DNA of 64,000 nt, taken from the sequence record PV764603.1; one strand, 5' to 3'. Each line of letters begins with the position of its first letter. Within the stretch, counting starts at the first letter, position 1. Both the position numbers and the translations under genes were made by a program. The notes below the pieces were generated by a model. The model was not told the origin of the DNA and did not search any database. It saw only the letters and a program-made list of their open reading frames with translations. Positions 54,982 through 63,999 of this stretch are shown piece by piece.

Positions 54982-56448
54982 TTAGTATTCGTCAGGGATA
55001 ATATCCGGAGACTTTGAGGACGGCGGGGTAGTGTCGTCCTCCGTCTTGACACCGAGACGGTTCAGGACAGCAGCACCCGCTGGGGTGTTGGCAAAGCTTT
55101 CAACCATCGCGCCCATGTTCAGGCCACCCGCAGCGCCGAACAGACCGGAGACCTTGTTGATGCCTTCGGTCGGGGTTCCAGTGTTGGCGATGACCTTGAC
55201 GCTTGCGCCTTCCAGAGCCTTGGCCTGAGCGATACCGACTTCCTTGGTGGCGTTGATGCTTTCCACGCTCAGGAGGTACGTCTGATAGCCTTGGTTCTCA
55301 CCGATTTCCTTGGCCAGTTCGATCTGAGTGGTGACCGGGGCACGCAAGCGTGCAGTCTCGGCCGCCGCCTCAGCTTCACCTCGGGCCTGAATACCCTCAG
55401 CCTCACGCTGCGCCTGAGTCAGTGCTGCATCGGCCTCAAGCTCGATCTGACGCTTGTTACCTTCTGCCCGAATAACCTGCGACTCCTTCTGCGCAGTTGC
55501 GGCGATCAGGGCCGTCTTCTGCTGTGCTTCGGCGTTGATGACCGAGGTCTGACGATCTTCCTCTGCCTTGACCACACTCACTTCACGGCGAATGTCAGCG
55601 CCACGCACTTCCTCAACCTTGCGTACTTCCATTTCGCGGGTCTTGGTGATCGCAGCTTCCTGCGAGACTTCCTGCTGGGTGCGCTCCCGAGCGATACCAA
55701 CAGTCTTTTCCTTCTCAGCGGTGCGCTTACCAATCGTCTCTTCCGATTCCTGACGACGCATTTCCACTTCCTGCTGGGCTTCGATTTCCACCAGCGAAGC
55801 AGTGCGCAGGTTGCGTGCGACCTCAGTACGGCTTTCGGATTCGATCTGAGAAATCTTCTTTGCCATGATGTTGGCAATGACTTCCTGACCCGGCGCGTCC
55901 TTAATATCCATCAACTCGATGGACTTGACGCTCTTGACACCCCACGCCGGAAGCTGCTGTTGCACGTCCTCAGTGAAAGCCTTACCGAACGTGCTGCGCT
56001 CGGTCATGATTTCGTTAATGTCGTAGGTCGCCAGCATCGAACGCGCTGCACCCTTGACAATGGATTCCAGCTGGGAGGTCAGTTCCTCAAAGTTCTCAAC
56101 GCTCTGTGCCGCCACGTCCGAATCAGCGATCTGGAAGAAGGCTTCCACTTCGATGCGGAACGGAGTCCGATCCTTATCGTATGCCTCGTAGTCGTTCAGG
56201 CGAACGCTGAACATGGTAGTCGGCAGGATGCGGCGAGTCATACCGATGCGCGGGAACCATTCCGGCCACTTGTAATAGACGTTACCTGCATCCTTGTCCT
56301 TGCCGTAGCTGACGGTAGCCTTGGCTTGCTGGACAATGTGTACTTCGTTGGTGGGGACAACAGTGCGGCGACCGAATGCCCAAAGGCAAATGATCGCAAG
56401 CAGTGCAAGGATGACGAGCACTGCGATACCGATGACGATGATTCCCAT
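54982..56448 (-). CDS. SPFH/flotillin-family membrane protein
   Basis: N-terminal TM helix, RTVVPTNEVHIV, SPFH core, Ala/Glu-rich coiled coil. Confidence 0.9.
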   Translation of the reverse strand: MGIIVIGIAVLVILALLAIICLWAFGRRTVVPTNEVHIVQQAKATVSYGKDKDAGNVYYKWPEWFPRIGMTRRILPTTMFSVRLNDYEAYDKDRTPFRIEVEAFFQIADSDVAAQSVENFEELTSQLESIVKGAARSMLATYDINEIMTERSTFGKAFTEDVQQQLPAWGVKSVKSIELMDIKDAPGQEVIANIMAKKISQIESESRTEVARNLRTASLVEIEAQQEVEMRRQESEETIGKRTAEKEKTVGIARERTQQEVSQEAAITKTREMEVRKVEEVRGADIRREVSVVKAEEDRQTSVINAEAQQKTALIAATAQKESQVIRAEGNKRQIELEADAALTQAQREAEGIQARGEAEAAAETARLRAPVTTQIELAKEIGENQGYQTYLLSVESINATKEVGIAQAKALEGASVKVIANTGTPTEGINKVSGLFGAAGGLNMGAMVESFANTPAGAAVLNRLGVKTEDDTTPPSSKSPDIIPDEY

Positions 56449-56479
56449 AGATGAAACGTTTCCTTGTGGTTAGTAGCTG

Positions 56480-56779
56480 TTACCAGCGGATTGTGGTGCC
56501 TTTGATGAAACCGGAACACGCTATGCCTTCTACCTTGGCACCTTGAGGGGACGTAGCGCGGAACTTGGCGCGGAAGGTGTCGCCATCAGAGCAACCTAGC
56601 CATGAATAACCGAGGTATTCAACGTCAGTGTAGCCCTGCGCGTGCAGAGCCTCCACCATCTTGCCCTGCCCGAAGGCTCGCGTTTTCAGCGGACCTCCTA
56701 GGAAGAAGATCGCCAAGAGGGCGATCACTGCGACTACGATGATGAGTTCGATCAGAGTAAAGCCCGATTGCTTCTTCAT
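56480..56779 (-). CDS. protein with a type IV prepilin-like N-terminal cleavage/methylation motif
   Basis: MKKQSG-FTLIELIIVVAVIALLA. Confidence 0.8.
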   Translation of the reverse strand: MKKQSGFTLIELIIVVAVIALLAIFFLGGPLKTRAFGQGKMVEALHAQGYTDVEYLGYSWLGCSDGDTFRAKFRATSPQGAKVEGIACSGFIKGTTIRW

Positions 56780-57081
56780 TGCTGGTCCAGAGTTCTCAGG
56801 AACTTGCGGCGACGGAAAAGGTCGTACTTGAGATTTCGGAAGAAATCAACCACAGGCCACCACAGACGATGGACCAGTGGATCGTGCTTGCTCAAATGCC
56901 GATAAACCGCACGATGCTCCATGCGATCAAACGACATTAGCAGTTCACGCTCTACCTTTACAGGATCAGCGCCATGCACTGCCGTGGCGTGGAAGCGTGC
57001 CACACCCATAGACTGGAGCTTTTCTTTGACGCGATCCGTAGACGCGCCTTTATTCTCTACGTCAAACAATGGCACTTCCAT
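56776..57081 (-). CDS. hypothetical protein (101 aa)
   Basis: GAGGA RBS. Confidence 0.6.
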   Translation of the reverse strand: MEVPLFDVENKGASTDRVKEKLQSMGVARFHATAVHGADPVKVERELLMSFDRMEHRAVYRHLSKHDPLVHRLWWPVVDFFRNLKYDLFRRRKFLRTLDQQ

Positions 57082-57082
57082 C

Positions 57083-57397
57083 TTAGTCCTCGTTGGCTAT
57101 CTTGAGTAATACGTGACCGTGGCAAGGAGCAGGTGCGCACCAGCATACCAAGTCCTTGCCTTTCAATCGCTGCTTGATTTTGCGCACCATGTTCGGATCA
57201 GCGAGCACCCATTCCTTGAATGCCTGAATCGCCTCATGACGCGAGGACACACGGAACTTAGCTTGTGTGCCATCTTTACTGCCGAAGGGATTGCCCCACT
57301 CAGACGGCCTACCTATGTAGACAGCACCTTCGGGTGCGTTTCCCCGTCGCTTGTTGTATACCCTTGGTCCCGAAGGAACGTCAAAGAGCTTCTTCAC
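57083..57397 (-). CDS. DUF4326-family protein
   Basis: VYIGRPSEWGNPF...LKGKDLVCWCAPAPCHG. Confidence 0.85.
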   Translation of the reverse strand: MKKLFDVPSGPRVYNKRRGNAPEGAVYIGRPSEWGNPFGSKDGTQAKFRVSSRHEAIQAFKEWVLADPNMVRKIKQRLKGKDLVCWCAPAPCHGHVLLKIANED

Positions 57398-57741
57398 TTG
57401 ATGCCTACAAATCCGAGATAGCGATAGGGAGCTTCCATTCCCCACTTGTCGCACAGGCGAGTAATCATTTCCGTGTAGTGACAGCCGTGCTTAGTCTTGA
57501 ACTTCTGTTCAAGGGTGTTGGCTATTGCGCGCCATCGTCGAGTGGATTGCTCGGCTGGCGTGAGGTCGTCCCCTTCGTCGGCATGCTCAGAATCGAGGTC
57601 ATCGAACTCTCCGAGCACATCCGTTCCACCGCCGCTCTCTGCCAAGGATAGAGCCCTACAGACGCCTTCTTCGGTTGCTCTAGCGAGGAGCCAGATGGAG
57701 TAGTCGGGATGGTCATGGGGTATCTGCACCTGTAGTTTCAT
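57394..57741 (-). CDS. hypothetical protein
   Basis: ORF from ATG 57741. Confidence 0.55.
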   Translation of the reverse strand: MKLQVQIPHDHPDYSIWLLARATEEGVCRALSLAESGGGTDVLGEFDDLDSEHADEGDDLTPAEQSTRRWRAIANTLEQKFKTKHGCHYTEMITRLCDKWGMEAPYRYLGFVGIK

Positions 57742-57847
57742 GTTGGGATTCGTAGAATTGTTGGCGGGTGATCCACTCGCCGTTGTGCCACAGGTAGCCG
57801 AGTTCAATCAACTTCTCAACCGCCTTGATGCGACGTGGAGTTCCCAT
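57713..57847 (-). CDS. small ORF not in the supplied track (44 aa, MGTPRRIKAVEKLIELGYLWHNGEW...)
   Basis: read manually; AGGA RBS; fills the intergenic gap. Confidence 0.5.
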   Translation of the reverse strand: MGTPRRIKAVEKLIELGYLWHNGEWITRQQFYESQHETTGADTP

Positions 57848-57882
57848 GTTCCTGTCAAACAGGTGGGACTGAGGGCCTTCAC

Positions 57883-58833
57883 TCATTTGCGGATACCTAC
57901 GAGTACGTTGGCCTTGATGCTTTCGAGCAAATCCTCATCGTCCGTTTCGTCTGCGTCCCATGTGAGCACGGGATCGAGATTCTCGAAATCGTTGGCATCA
58001 TAGTCGCAGTGCCACGCATCGACCTGTGCGAAGCCTGCATCGTGCATCATGTCCGTCAACTCTGGCTCAGAGAAGTAGCGCTGACAGAAGGGGTTCTTGA
58101 TCTTGACGGATACAACCACACGCCCATCAACCTTGATGGAAATGCTGCTGAATTCGTCAACGTTGTTGGAGGTGGTCCGATCGTAGTACGAGGTAACGCG
58201 TGCAACTACGACCACACTAGAGTACCGAGTGTTGCTGGCGAGGTTCTTGCTGACCAGCCATCGGTACAGCGGAGTATAGCAGTCCACATGGAATTCTTGG
58301 GTGGAAGGCTTACCGCTCATGCGCTCATCAGGGGAGATTGCGGTGGCGTAGCCATCCGAGCAGAAATCCATGATGAAGATACCACCTTTCTTGGTGGCCG
58401 AGAACGCCGCGTTGATGAAGCCTTGTACGCCAGCGCGAGTGACGATGCCTCCCTTGTCCATATCACATACGGAACTCGGCGAGTAGTAGTGGGCGGTCAC
58501 AATGTCCCACTGCTGTTTGAAAATGTGCTGCGTAATGTCGCGCACTTGGATGATACTGGGGTTGCCTGCGGACAAAGTGCCATCAGTACCCGAATACTTG
58601 AGGCCCTGCGCAGGCCATGCTTTCTTGAAGTAATCGGCATGCTTGCTGTGTGCGCCAGAGAGAAGTTCCAGCAAGGAGGTGGCGCGCGGGTGCATTTGGA
58701 ATGCAATGTGCGCGAAGGCGTTTGCCTCCTGCATCTTGTAGCCTTCATTCCGATTGTAGATAGCTTGGTATAGCTCGCTGAAATCGTACAGGTGATGCAG
58801 CTTCATGTTGATTGTTTTGCGCGGACCTTTCAT
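57883..58833 (-). CDS. class I SAM-dependent methyltransferase-like protein
   Basis: SLLELLSG (motif I-like), WDIVTA, KKGGIFIMD, RYFSEPELTDMMHDAGF. Confidence 0.6.
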   Translation of the reverse strand: MKGPRKTINMKLHHLYDFSELYQAIYNRNEGYKMQEANAFAHIAFQMHPRATSLLELLSGAHSKHADYFKKAWPAQGLKYSGTDGTLSAGNPSIIQVRDITQHIFKQQWDIVTAHYYSPSSVCDMDKGGIVTRAGVQGFINAAFSATKKGGIFIMDFCSDGYATAISPDERMSGKPSTQEFHVDCYTPLYRWLVSKNLASNTRYSSVVVVARVTSYYDRTTSNNVDEFSSISIKVDGRVVVSVKIKNPFCQRYFSEPELTDMMHDAGFAQVDAWHCDYDANDFENLDPVLTWDADETDDEDLLESIKANVLVGIRK

Positions 58834-58858
58834 TCCTTATCCTCGTTGTTTGTCTTTC

Positions 58859-58884
58859 CAAAGTGGGGAGGGAAACCTCCCCAC
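58859..58884 (-). terminator. intrinsic terminator
   Basis: GTGGGGAGG-TTTC-CCTCCCCAC-TTT. Confidence 0.75.
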
Positions 58885-58890
58885 GAATAG

Positions 58891-59271
58891 TTACCAGTAC
58901 CAGCGATCAGCCCAACTCAGGATGCGCTTGCTAGGACGCTCCACGTCGCCAACGTCGTCAAGGTCCGCGAGCTTGCGAATCTTGTCAGTGCATCGACGGG
59001 TGGCAGCGCGCAGCTTGTGCTCTGCGATGTTACGGTAGCTTCGCGGAACACTTCCCATCAGATAGGAGCGATAACCATCCGAATGGAAGTACGCGATAGC
59101 GGCCTTGTGGGCTTTCTCAATGTCGGTGTGACCATAGACTCGCTGACAGTGGTTCAGTACAAGTTCTTCACCAGTCCAATACTCAGACTTGTATTGACGC
59201 CCGGGGTTGAAATTGTCGTGAACGTGCCAGTTCAGGTCATAGTGGTTTCGACGACGGATGGTGCGACTCAT
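58891..59271 (-). CDS. Arg-rich hypothetical protein (MSRTIRRR...)
   Basis: GAGAGG RBS. Confidence 0.7.
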   Translation of the reverse strand: MSRTIRRRNHYDLNWHVHDNFNPGRQYKSEYWTGEELVLNHCQRVYGHTDIEKAHKAAIAYFHSDGYRSYLMGSVPRSYRNIAEHKLRAATRRCTDKIRKLADLDDVGDVERPSKRILSWADRWYW

Positions 59272-59346
59272 GGTGATGCCCTCTCGTTGTAGTTAACGAT
59301 CGGGTATCACGAATCCAGTACCAGTAGCTCTTGCTCATGCTGTTCC

Positions 59347-59787
59347 TCAGTTGGTGTTCGGGAAAGCGTTCATGATGGTGTCGATGTGCGCGTGCATATC
59401 GGCCCCGTCAATGGTGGCCATGTTGGCAGTGTCGTTGGCAATGCTGCGCACAGCGTTGCGGTACGCCAGCACCAGCTGATTGCTGCGCTCGGCCAGCAGC
59501 TGCTGGAGGCCCATATCAGCAACCGCATCCGGGGTTTCGATGTGAGCGTTCAGGTGGATGGTGTGATTGCTGCCAGTGTTGCCGAACTGCGGGTAGGTAA
59601 CAACACCCGACAGGTCGAACATGTAACCACGCTGGTAACCAGCCGGGGTAGCAGAAACAACAACGCTACCGCCCGAACCCTGAGCACGCAGGGCATCTTC
59701 CAGATGGCCAGCGACAGCAGTGGCATCGTCAACGTTGACGATCAGCGGGTTGAAAGCAATGGTGATGGTTTCATTGTAAGCCGACAT
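59347..59787 (-). CDS. hypothetical protein (146 aa)
   Basis: GGAG RBS; biased codon usage. Confidence 0.75.
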   Translation of the reverse strand: MSAYNETITIAFNPLIVNVDDATAVAGHLEDALRAQGSGGSVVVSATPAGYQRGYMFDLSGVVTYPQFGNTGSNHTIHLNAHIETPDAVADMGLQQLLAERSNQLVLAYRNAVRSIANDTANMATIDGADMHAHIDTIMNAFPNTN

Positions 59788-59827
59788 TAGGATTCTCCAT
59801 AGTTGTGTCGGTGGATGGTGCGGAGCG

Positions 59828-60382
59828 TTATGCTCCTTCGTGCACCGCTGCCATTTCCGCAGCGGTAAGGTGCCTGCATCCCGCCATCAGCATTTCCATG
59901 CAGATAGGACAGTGGTACATGCCAATAGGCATGCCCATCAGGAGTTCGGGATGCTCGTGGCATTCAAAGTCAGCGTTGCGATAGAAGCGCGCAAGCACCA
60001 ACTGGATGTTCTCCATCTTGGGGTAGTCGTAGTAGACGCCCCGAGTGGCAGCGTGGATGGGCGCAGCCTTGAATTCAGCAGAATCGAAAATCTGGCGCAG
60101 GTACTTGTTGATGAGATCCAGCGGACGGCTAATGTCGCCAACGTGGTCAATCAGGAAAGCAAGATCGACGCACTTGAGAACACGGTCATCGGCGCACTTG
60201 ACCTTCGCAGCGTAGATGGTTCGCTGCTCGGACTTCCACGGGATGAAAGAGGGATCACTTTCAAAGACGGCCATCGTCACGTAGGACGGCAGGTAGCCCT
60301 TGTACGGAAGATTGACCGAGAAGCCTTCAATCTCAACGCTCTTGTTGGTGTCACACACCACGATGTAGGGAATGTCGTTCAC
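59828..60382 (-). CDS. hypothetical protein (184 aa)
   Basis: C-terminal YHCPIC...AGCRH. Confidence 0.7.
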   Translation of the reverse strand: MNDIPYIVVCDTNKSVEIEGFSVNLPYKGYLPSYVTMAVFESDPSFIPWKSEQRTIYAAKVKCADDRVLKCVDLAFLIDHVGDISRPLDLINKYLRQIFDSAEFKAAPIHAATRGVYYDYPKMENIQLVLARFYRNADFECHEHPELLMGMPIGMYHCPICMEMLMAGCRHLTAAEMAAVHEGA

Positions 60383-60714
60383 TCAGTAACCTCCACCTGA
60401 ATCCACAGTTCACGCAGCTTGCGCAACGCCTGATACCGTGCTTCCTCAAAGTCGTCGTAATCGAACACGAACGTTTCTTCACAGAGGTCCACACCCGGCA
60501 CCGTAACGTAGTCACCTTTGCCATAGTGCTGGGTGTTGGCACCCATGATAGGGTCAGCCATCCACGATGCGTTATACATGACCTCATCAGTGCAGCGGGC
60601 GAGCTTGATGATGAAGATGACACGCTCAGCCCGTTCACCCTCCCCACGATTCGGCACTACGTCCGGAAAGCCCTGACAGAAGATGTGACGGATGAACAGG
60701 AAAGGAATCTTCAC
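60379..60714 (-). CDS. hypothetical protein (111 aa)
   Basis: coupled ORF. Confidence 0.6.
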   Translation of the reverse strand: MKIPFLFIRHIFCQGFPDVVPNRGEGERAERVIFIIKLARCTDEVMYNASWMADPIMGANTQHYGKGDYVTVPGVDLCEETFVFDYDDFEEARYQALRKLRELWIQVEVTE

Positions 60715-61013
60715 TTGTCCGTCTCCAGCAGGCCCGCCTTGATCGCACGCTTCTCAGCCTTCTTGAGCATCTTGATGTACTCAGGCAGCTGCGCCACGGG
60801 AATGCTCATGCCCTTGCCGGGATTGAATTCCTTGTCGTTCTTTTTCTTGTACCACGTGCGAGTATCGACCAAGCTGCGACCGTCCTCAAACGTGTTGATG
60901 GTGACGCGGAGTTCCGTGGTGTCAGTCTCAGCGAAGATGCCGATGTTGCGAACCTTTTCAGGGGCGAACGTCTTGGCGGGCTTCTCTTCGCGCTTTCCTT
61001 TGGACTTGCTCAT
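60711..61013 (-). CDS. PC4/YdbC-like ssDNA-binding protein
   Basis: LRVTINTFEDGRSLVDTRTWY...PGKGMSIP. Confidence 0.8.
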   Translation of the reverse strand: MSKSKGKREEKPAKTFAPEKVRNIGIFAETDTTELRVTINTFEDGRSLVDTRTWYKKKNDKEFNPGKGMSIPVAQLPEYIKMLKKAEKRAIKAGLLETDK

Positions 61014-61021
61014 GTGTTCCT

Positions 61022-61372
61022 CTACTTGGAGTGTAAGACTTCGACGTGTGACCCGCCCGGAATCAGGAATCGCTTGATCCTGTAGTCCACGGCAGGGAGG
61101 GTGTACTCTACGGCGCGAATGGCGCCGGTGTGAATCATCGCATCAATGAAGTTACAGATTCCATGTGTGCTAAAGCGTACCGTAACGCCCGCAGTGTGCA
61201 AGCGTGACATTAGCTCTGGAATGAGTTCCATCGCCTTGCATCCTTGCTTGATCGAAACAATCTCGACAATCATCCTCCGAAGAACCTGTGCAGACTCTTC
61301 ATCAATGGCGGACGCATCATCGCACTGCTGAATGGACATGGCTAGTACCGAGAAAGGTGCCCCGAAGGGCAC
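61022..61372 (-). CDS. hypothetical protein
   Basis: ORF; start uncertain. Confidence 0.55.
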   Translation of the reverse strand: MPFGAPFSVLAMSIQQCDDASAIDEESAQVLRRMIVEIVSIKQGCKAMELIPELMSRLHTAGVTVRFSTHGICNFIDAMIHTGAIRAVEYTLPAVDYRIKRFLIPGGSHVEVLHSK

Positions 61373-61379
61373 CTGTAGG

Positions 61380-61688
61380 TTAGAGGTCGTTCAACTGGTC
61401 ACGCATATCGTTGTCAGCGCTGACGCGAGAAAGTCCACGCCCGGTCCAACTATTGCCGTAGCTGGATTTGTACGCACGATGCAGACGGCACGAATGGCAC
61501 TTGCAATGCGGCTTCGTGGTATTGATCCTACGCCGAGCATTGTTGACAGCCCACTCCTTCTGATTGAAGTAGGACTCCACGTAGTTGGACCGAGAGGGAT
61601 CACCCATCTTTTCAGTGCGAAGGGTGTTCTGCTTCAAACGCTTTGCAAAGATGCGTTCACGGTGGTGACGACGAATTGCACGGTTCAT
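61380..61688 (-). CDS. Arg-rich protein with CKCHSC motif
   Basis: MNRAIRRHHRER...; GGAG RBS. Confidence 0.65.
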   Translation of the reverse strand: MNRAIRRHHRERIFAKRLKQNTLRTEKMGDPSRSNYVESYFNQKEWAVNNARRRINTTKPHCKCHSCRLHRAYKSSYGNSWTGRGLSRVSADNDMRDQLNDL

Positions 61689-61772
61689 TGCTGGTCTCCA
61701 TAAGGCCCCCTGCCCACGGCGGACAGGGGCTGCCTATGACGGAAATCAGCGATTCGCTCTTGACGTTCATGC

Positions 61773-62030
61773 TCACCTCAGCTGGGAGTCTTTCGATCCG
61801 CGACGGTTGTAATACGTTTCGCCAGTAACGGCGTACTTGCTTTGACAGCATACACACCGAGTTGCGTTGGGCATCGCCTTACGGCGTGCGAGGGGAATGG
61901 GGTTGTCGCAATCCACACAATCCTCAGTGCCCGTTCCTTGTAGCATCAGGCGCGCTCGATCAATCGCGTTGTTAACCGTTGCGTCAATCGTATCCTGCAC
62001 GCCATCTGCTGGTCCGAAACCTACTGCCAT
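61773..62030 (-). CDS. TraR/DksA C4-type zinc-finger protein (YbiI-like)
   Basis: CVDCDNPIPLARRKAMPNATRCVCCQ...YNRRGSKDSQLR. Confidence 0.92.
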   Translation of the reverse strand: MAVGFGPADGVQDTIDATVNNAIDRARLMLQGTGTEDCVDCDNPIPLARRKAMPNATRCVCCQSKYAVTGETYYNRRGSKDSQLR

Positions 62031-62042
62031 CTTGTCACCTAC

Positions 62043-62222
62043 TTAGAAGCCGTGGTAGTCGTCACGCTTCACTGCGTTCTCGGGATGCTGTGCCGCAGTG
62101 GAGCTAAACCACGATACACCCTTCATCTTGTCCGGGCCCATCGTGGTCATTTGCTGCTCAAACGCCGCCGCCAGATTGGCAGTCAGCGTAGGCCGAAGTT
62201 GATTGAATTGCTCAGTCGTCAT
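62043..62222 (-). CDS. hypothetical protein
   Basis: coupled short ORF. Confidence 0.5.
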   Translation of the reverse strand: MTTEQFNQLRPTLTANLAAAFEQQMTTMGPDKMKGVSWFSSTAAQHPENAVKRDDYHGF

Positions 62223-62778
62223 TGGTTCCCTCAATTACCTTGGAGAGTTTCGGCTTCACGTATTTCAGATCAGCCAGCTTCTTGATGGTCGCCAGATTGG
62301 CGTACTGCTTCAACATGCTGGAGATTGCTTCTGCATGCAGGCCCTTTTCCATCTTGCGGCGCTGTACCGGAGTCAGCAGGCCCTTGCGGAAGAGGGAGTC
62401 TGCATCCGAACCGGAGTAGTGACGCTGGAACTGCTCCACCCACTTGACTTCCAGCGCGAACCGAACAGTCTCTGCGTTGGTGGGCCATGCGCCTACCGTC
62501 AGCAGCGCCTCAGTCACTTCCGGCGTGAGGTACCGAGCATTGGAGGTGTGCTTGCGAGGAGACAGCAGGAGGATGTTCTCGTTCCTGCCAATGTTCCTTC
62601 GGTGGTGGTCAAACTGACTGCTGTAGACAGTGCCCCGAGTACCCACTGCGAACAGACCGCCAGACAGGTTGTAGACGCGAGGACGATCAGGGTGCAGCAC
62701 CACTGAGTCCGAAGGGAACGCGCGCATCTGAACGTCAGGCAGGTTGAGTTGCGGGGCAGTAATGATGAGAGCAGTCAT
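62212..62778 (-). CDS. hypothetical protein (188 aa)
   Basis: AAGGAAG RBS. Confidence 0.7.
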   Translation of the reverse strand: MTALIITAPQLNLPDVQMRAFPSDSVVLHPDRPRVYNLSGGLFAVGTRGTVYSSQFDHHRRNIGRNENILLLSPRKHTSNARYLTPEVTEALLTVGAWPTNAETVRFALEVKWVEQFQRHYSGSDADSLFRKGLLTPVQRRKMEKGLHAEAISSMLKQYANLATIKKLADLKYVKPKLSKVIEGTNDD

Positions 62779-62790
62779 GCTAGGACTTCC

Positions 62791-63474
62791 TTATGCGTTG
62801 ATGGCTATGTAAGCCGAGGTTGGGTTGCACGGTTGCAGGTCGTACCCATTGACGTAGTAGGTACGGGTCCAGAAAGTACGGTCAAGCTGAGGGACAGCAA
62901 TCCAGCAGTCAACATCAACTACCGGCTTGGAGAAAGCAACCTCAAACCGTTCACGCTTGATGGTCAAGGTTGGTTGGAGCGGTACGCCCGAAGAGCGAGC
63001 GTATACAGCGAGGTCACGATTGTGTTGAGCCACCAACCGTGAGTACCTGGTACTTGTGAAACGTTGTGCGTGTCCGGGCCCACCGTTGTAGCACACAAGT
63101 GCTCTCTGGCTGTGACCGAAGGTATCGACACACTCACGTAGATAAAGAGCAGCTACTCGCAACCCCAATTCAGTGTCGTTGCGTAGACGGGCTGGCGTTA
63201 TCGTCCCGAGTTCTGGATGCCGCGTAGCGACATACTTTGCCGTAGCAAGGTTTACGTGCCCGACGCCGAAGTGCTTGCCTCCTGCGTCTGTCGTTACCCT
63301 GCCCAGCGAGGACTCTCGGAAGACGAGTCCGGGCAGCATGTCCGAAACTCCATACTCCGCGCCAATCTGTGCAGACAGGTGCAGTACGGTTTGCTGTTTC
63401 GGGGTAAGCTTTAGTGCCATCGCCTCTGACGCGAACGGCACAAACATAAGAAGCATAGCGAGAATGAAGCGCAT
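62791..63474 (-). CDS. exported SLT-family lytic transglycosylase
   Basis: signal peptide MRFILAMLLMFVPFASEAMA; RESS catalytic Glu; GVGHV; YNGG. Confidence 0.8.
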   Translation of the reverse strand: MRFILAMLLMFVPFASEAMALKLTPKQQTVLHLSAQIGAEYGVSDMLPGLVFRESSLGRVTTDAGGKHFGVGHVNLATAKYVATRHPELGTITPARLRNDTELGLRVAALYLRECVDTFGHSQRALVCYNGGPGHAQRFTSTRYSRLVAQHNRDLAVYARSSGVPLQPTLTIKRERFEVAFSKPVVDVDCWIAVPQLDRTFWTRTYYVNGYDLQPCNPTSAYIAINA

Positions 63475-63577
63475 GTTAACCTCATGGGTGCGGTGGCCCT
63501 GACTGTCCTTTATGTCCGGGTCACATTGTCTACTCAAGCTCCGCCGGTGTACGGCTGTAGAGGATTAATGGGAAGGG

Positions 63578-63910
63578 TTAGAAGATGGTTACAGCAAGAA
63601 CGGCCCACATGACTTTACACAACACATGCAAACCTTGATCCACGTTGATTCCGATTAAGCGTTCGCTCTTGAGAAAATCAATTGCGAAGTGACACGCAGT
63701 TTCCAGTACACCCAGCAGTGCGGAGCCTGTTATGAGAGCAACCGCACCACCATGAATCATGGCGTGTGCAGTCAGCGCATGCCACCAAGGCACGTGCTTG
63801 TCTCCAGTACGTCTACACTTGTTTGCTGCGATGAATGGTCCCTGTAATGGATAGTCGGCCAAGGCATGACCAACTATCAGGAAGAACAGAATGGATAGGA
63901 ACTCGGTCAA
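63578..63910 (-). CDS. DUF3307 membrane protein
   Basis: GHALADYPLQ, HAMIH, HFAID, DQGLH. Confidence 0.85.
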   Translation of the reverse strand: MTEFLSILFFLIVGHALADYPLQGPFIAANKCRRTGDKHVPWWHALTAHAMIHGGAVALITGSALLGVLETACHFAIDFLKSERLIGINVDQGLHVLCKVMWAVLAVTIF

Positions 63911-63999
63911 TCGTTGTCCTCGATTTCTTCGTCTTCATCGTCCGGATGAAGCTCCGAGAAGGTTCCGTCGGCGTTCTTGACTTGGGTAGGCAACGCGGT
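63907..63999 (-). CDS. 3' end of a gene truncated by the window edge (...KNADGTFSELHPDDEDEEIEDND)
   Basis: open frame to TGA at 63907, overlapping the DUF3307 start. Confidence 0.5.
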   Translation of the reverse strand, partial: TALPTQVKNADGTFSELHPDDEDEEIEDND

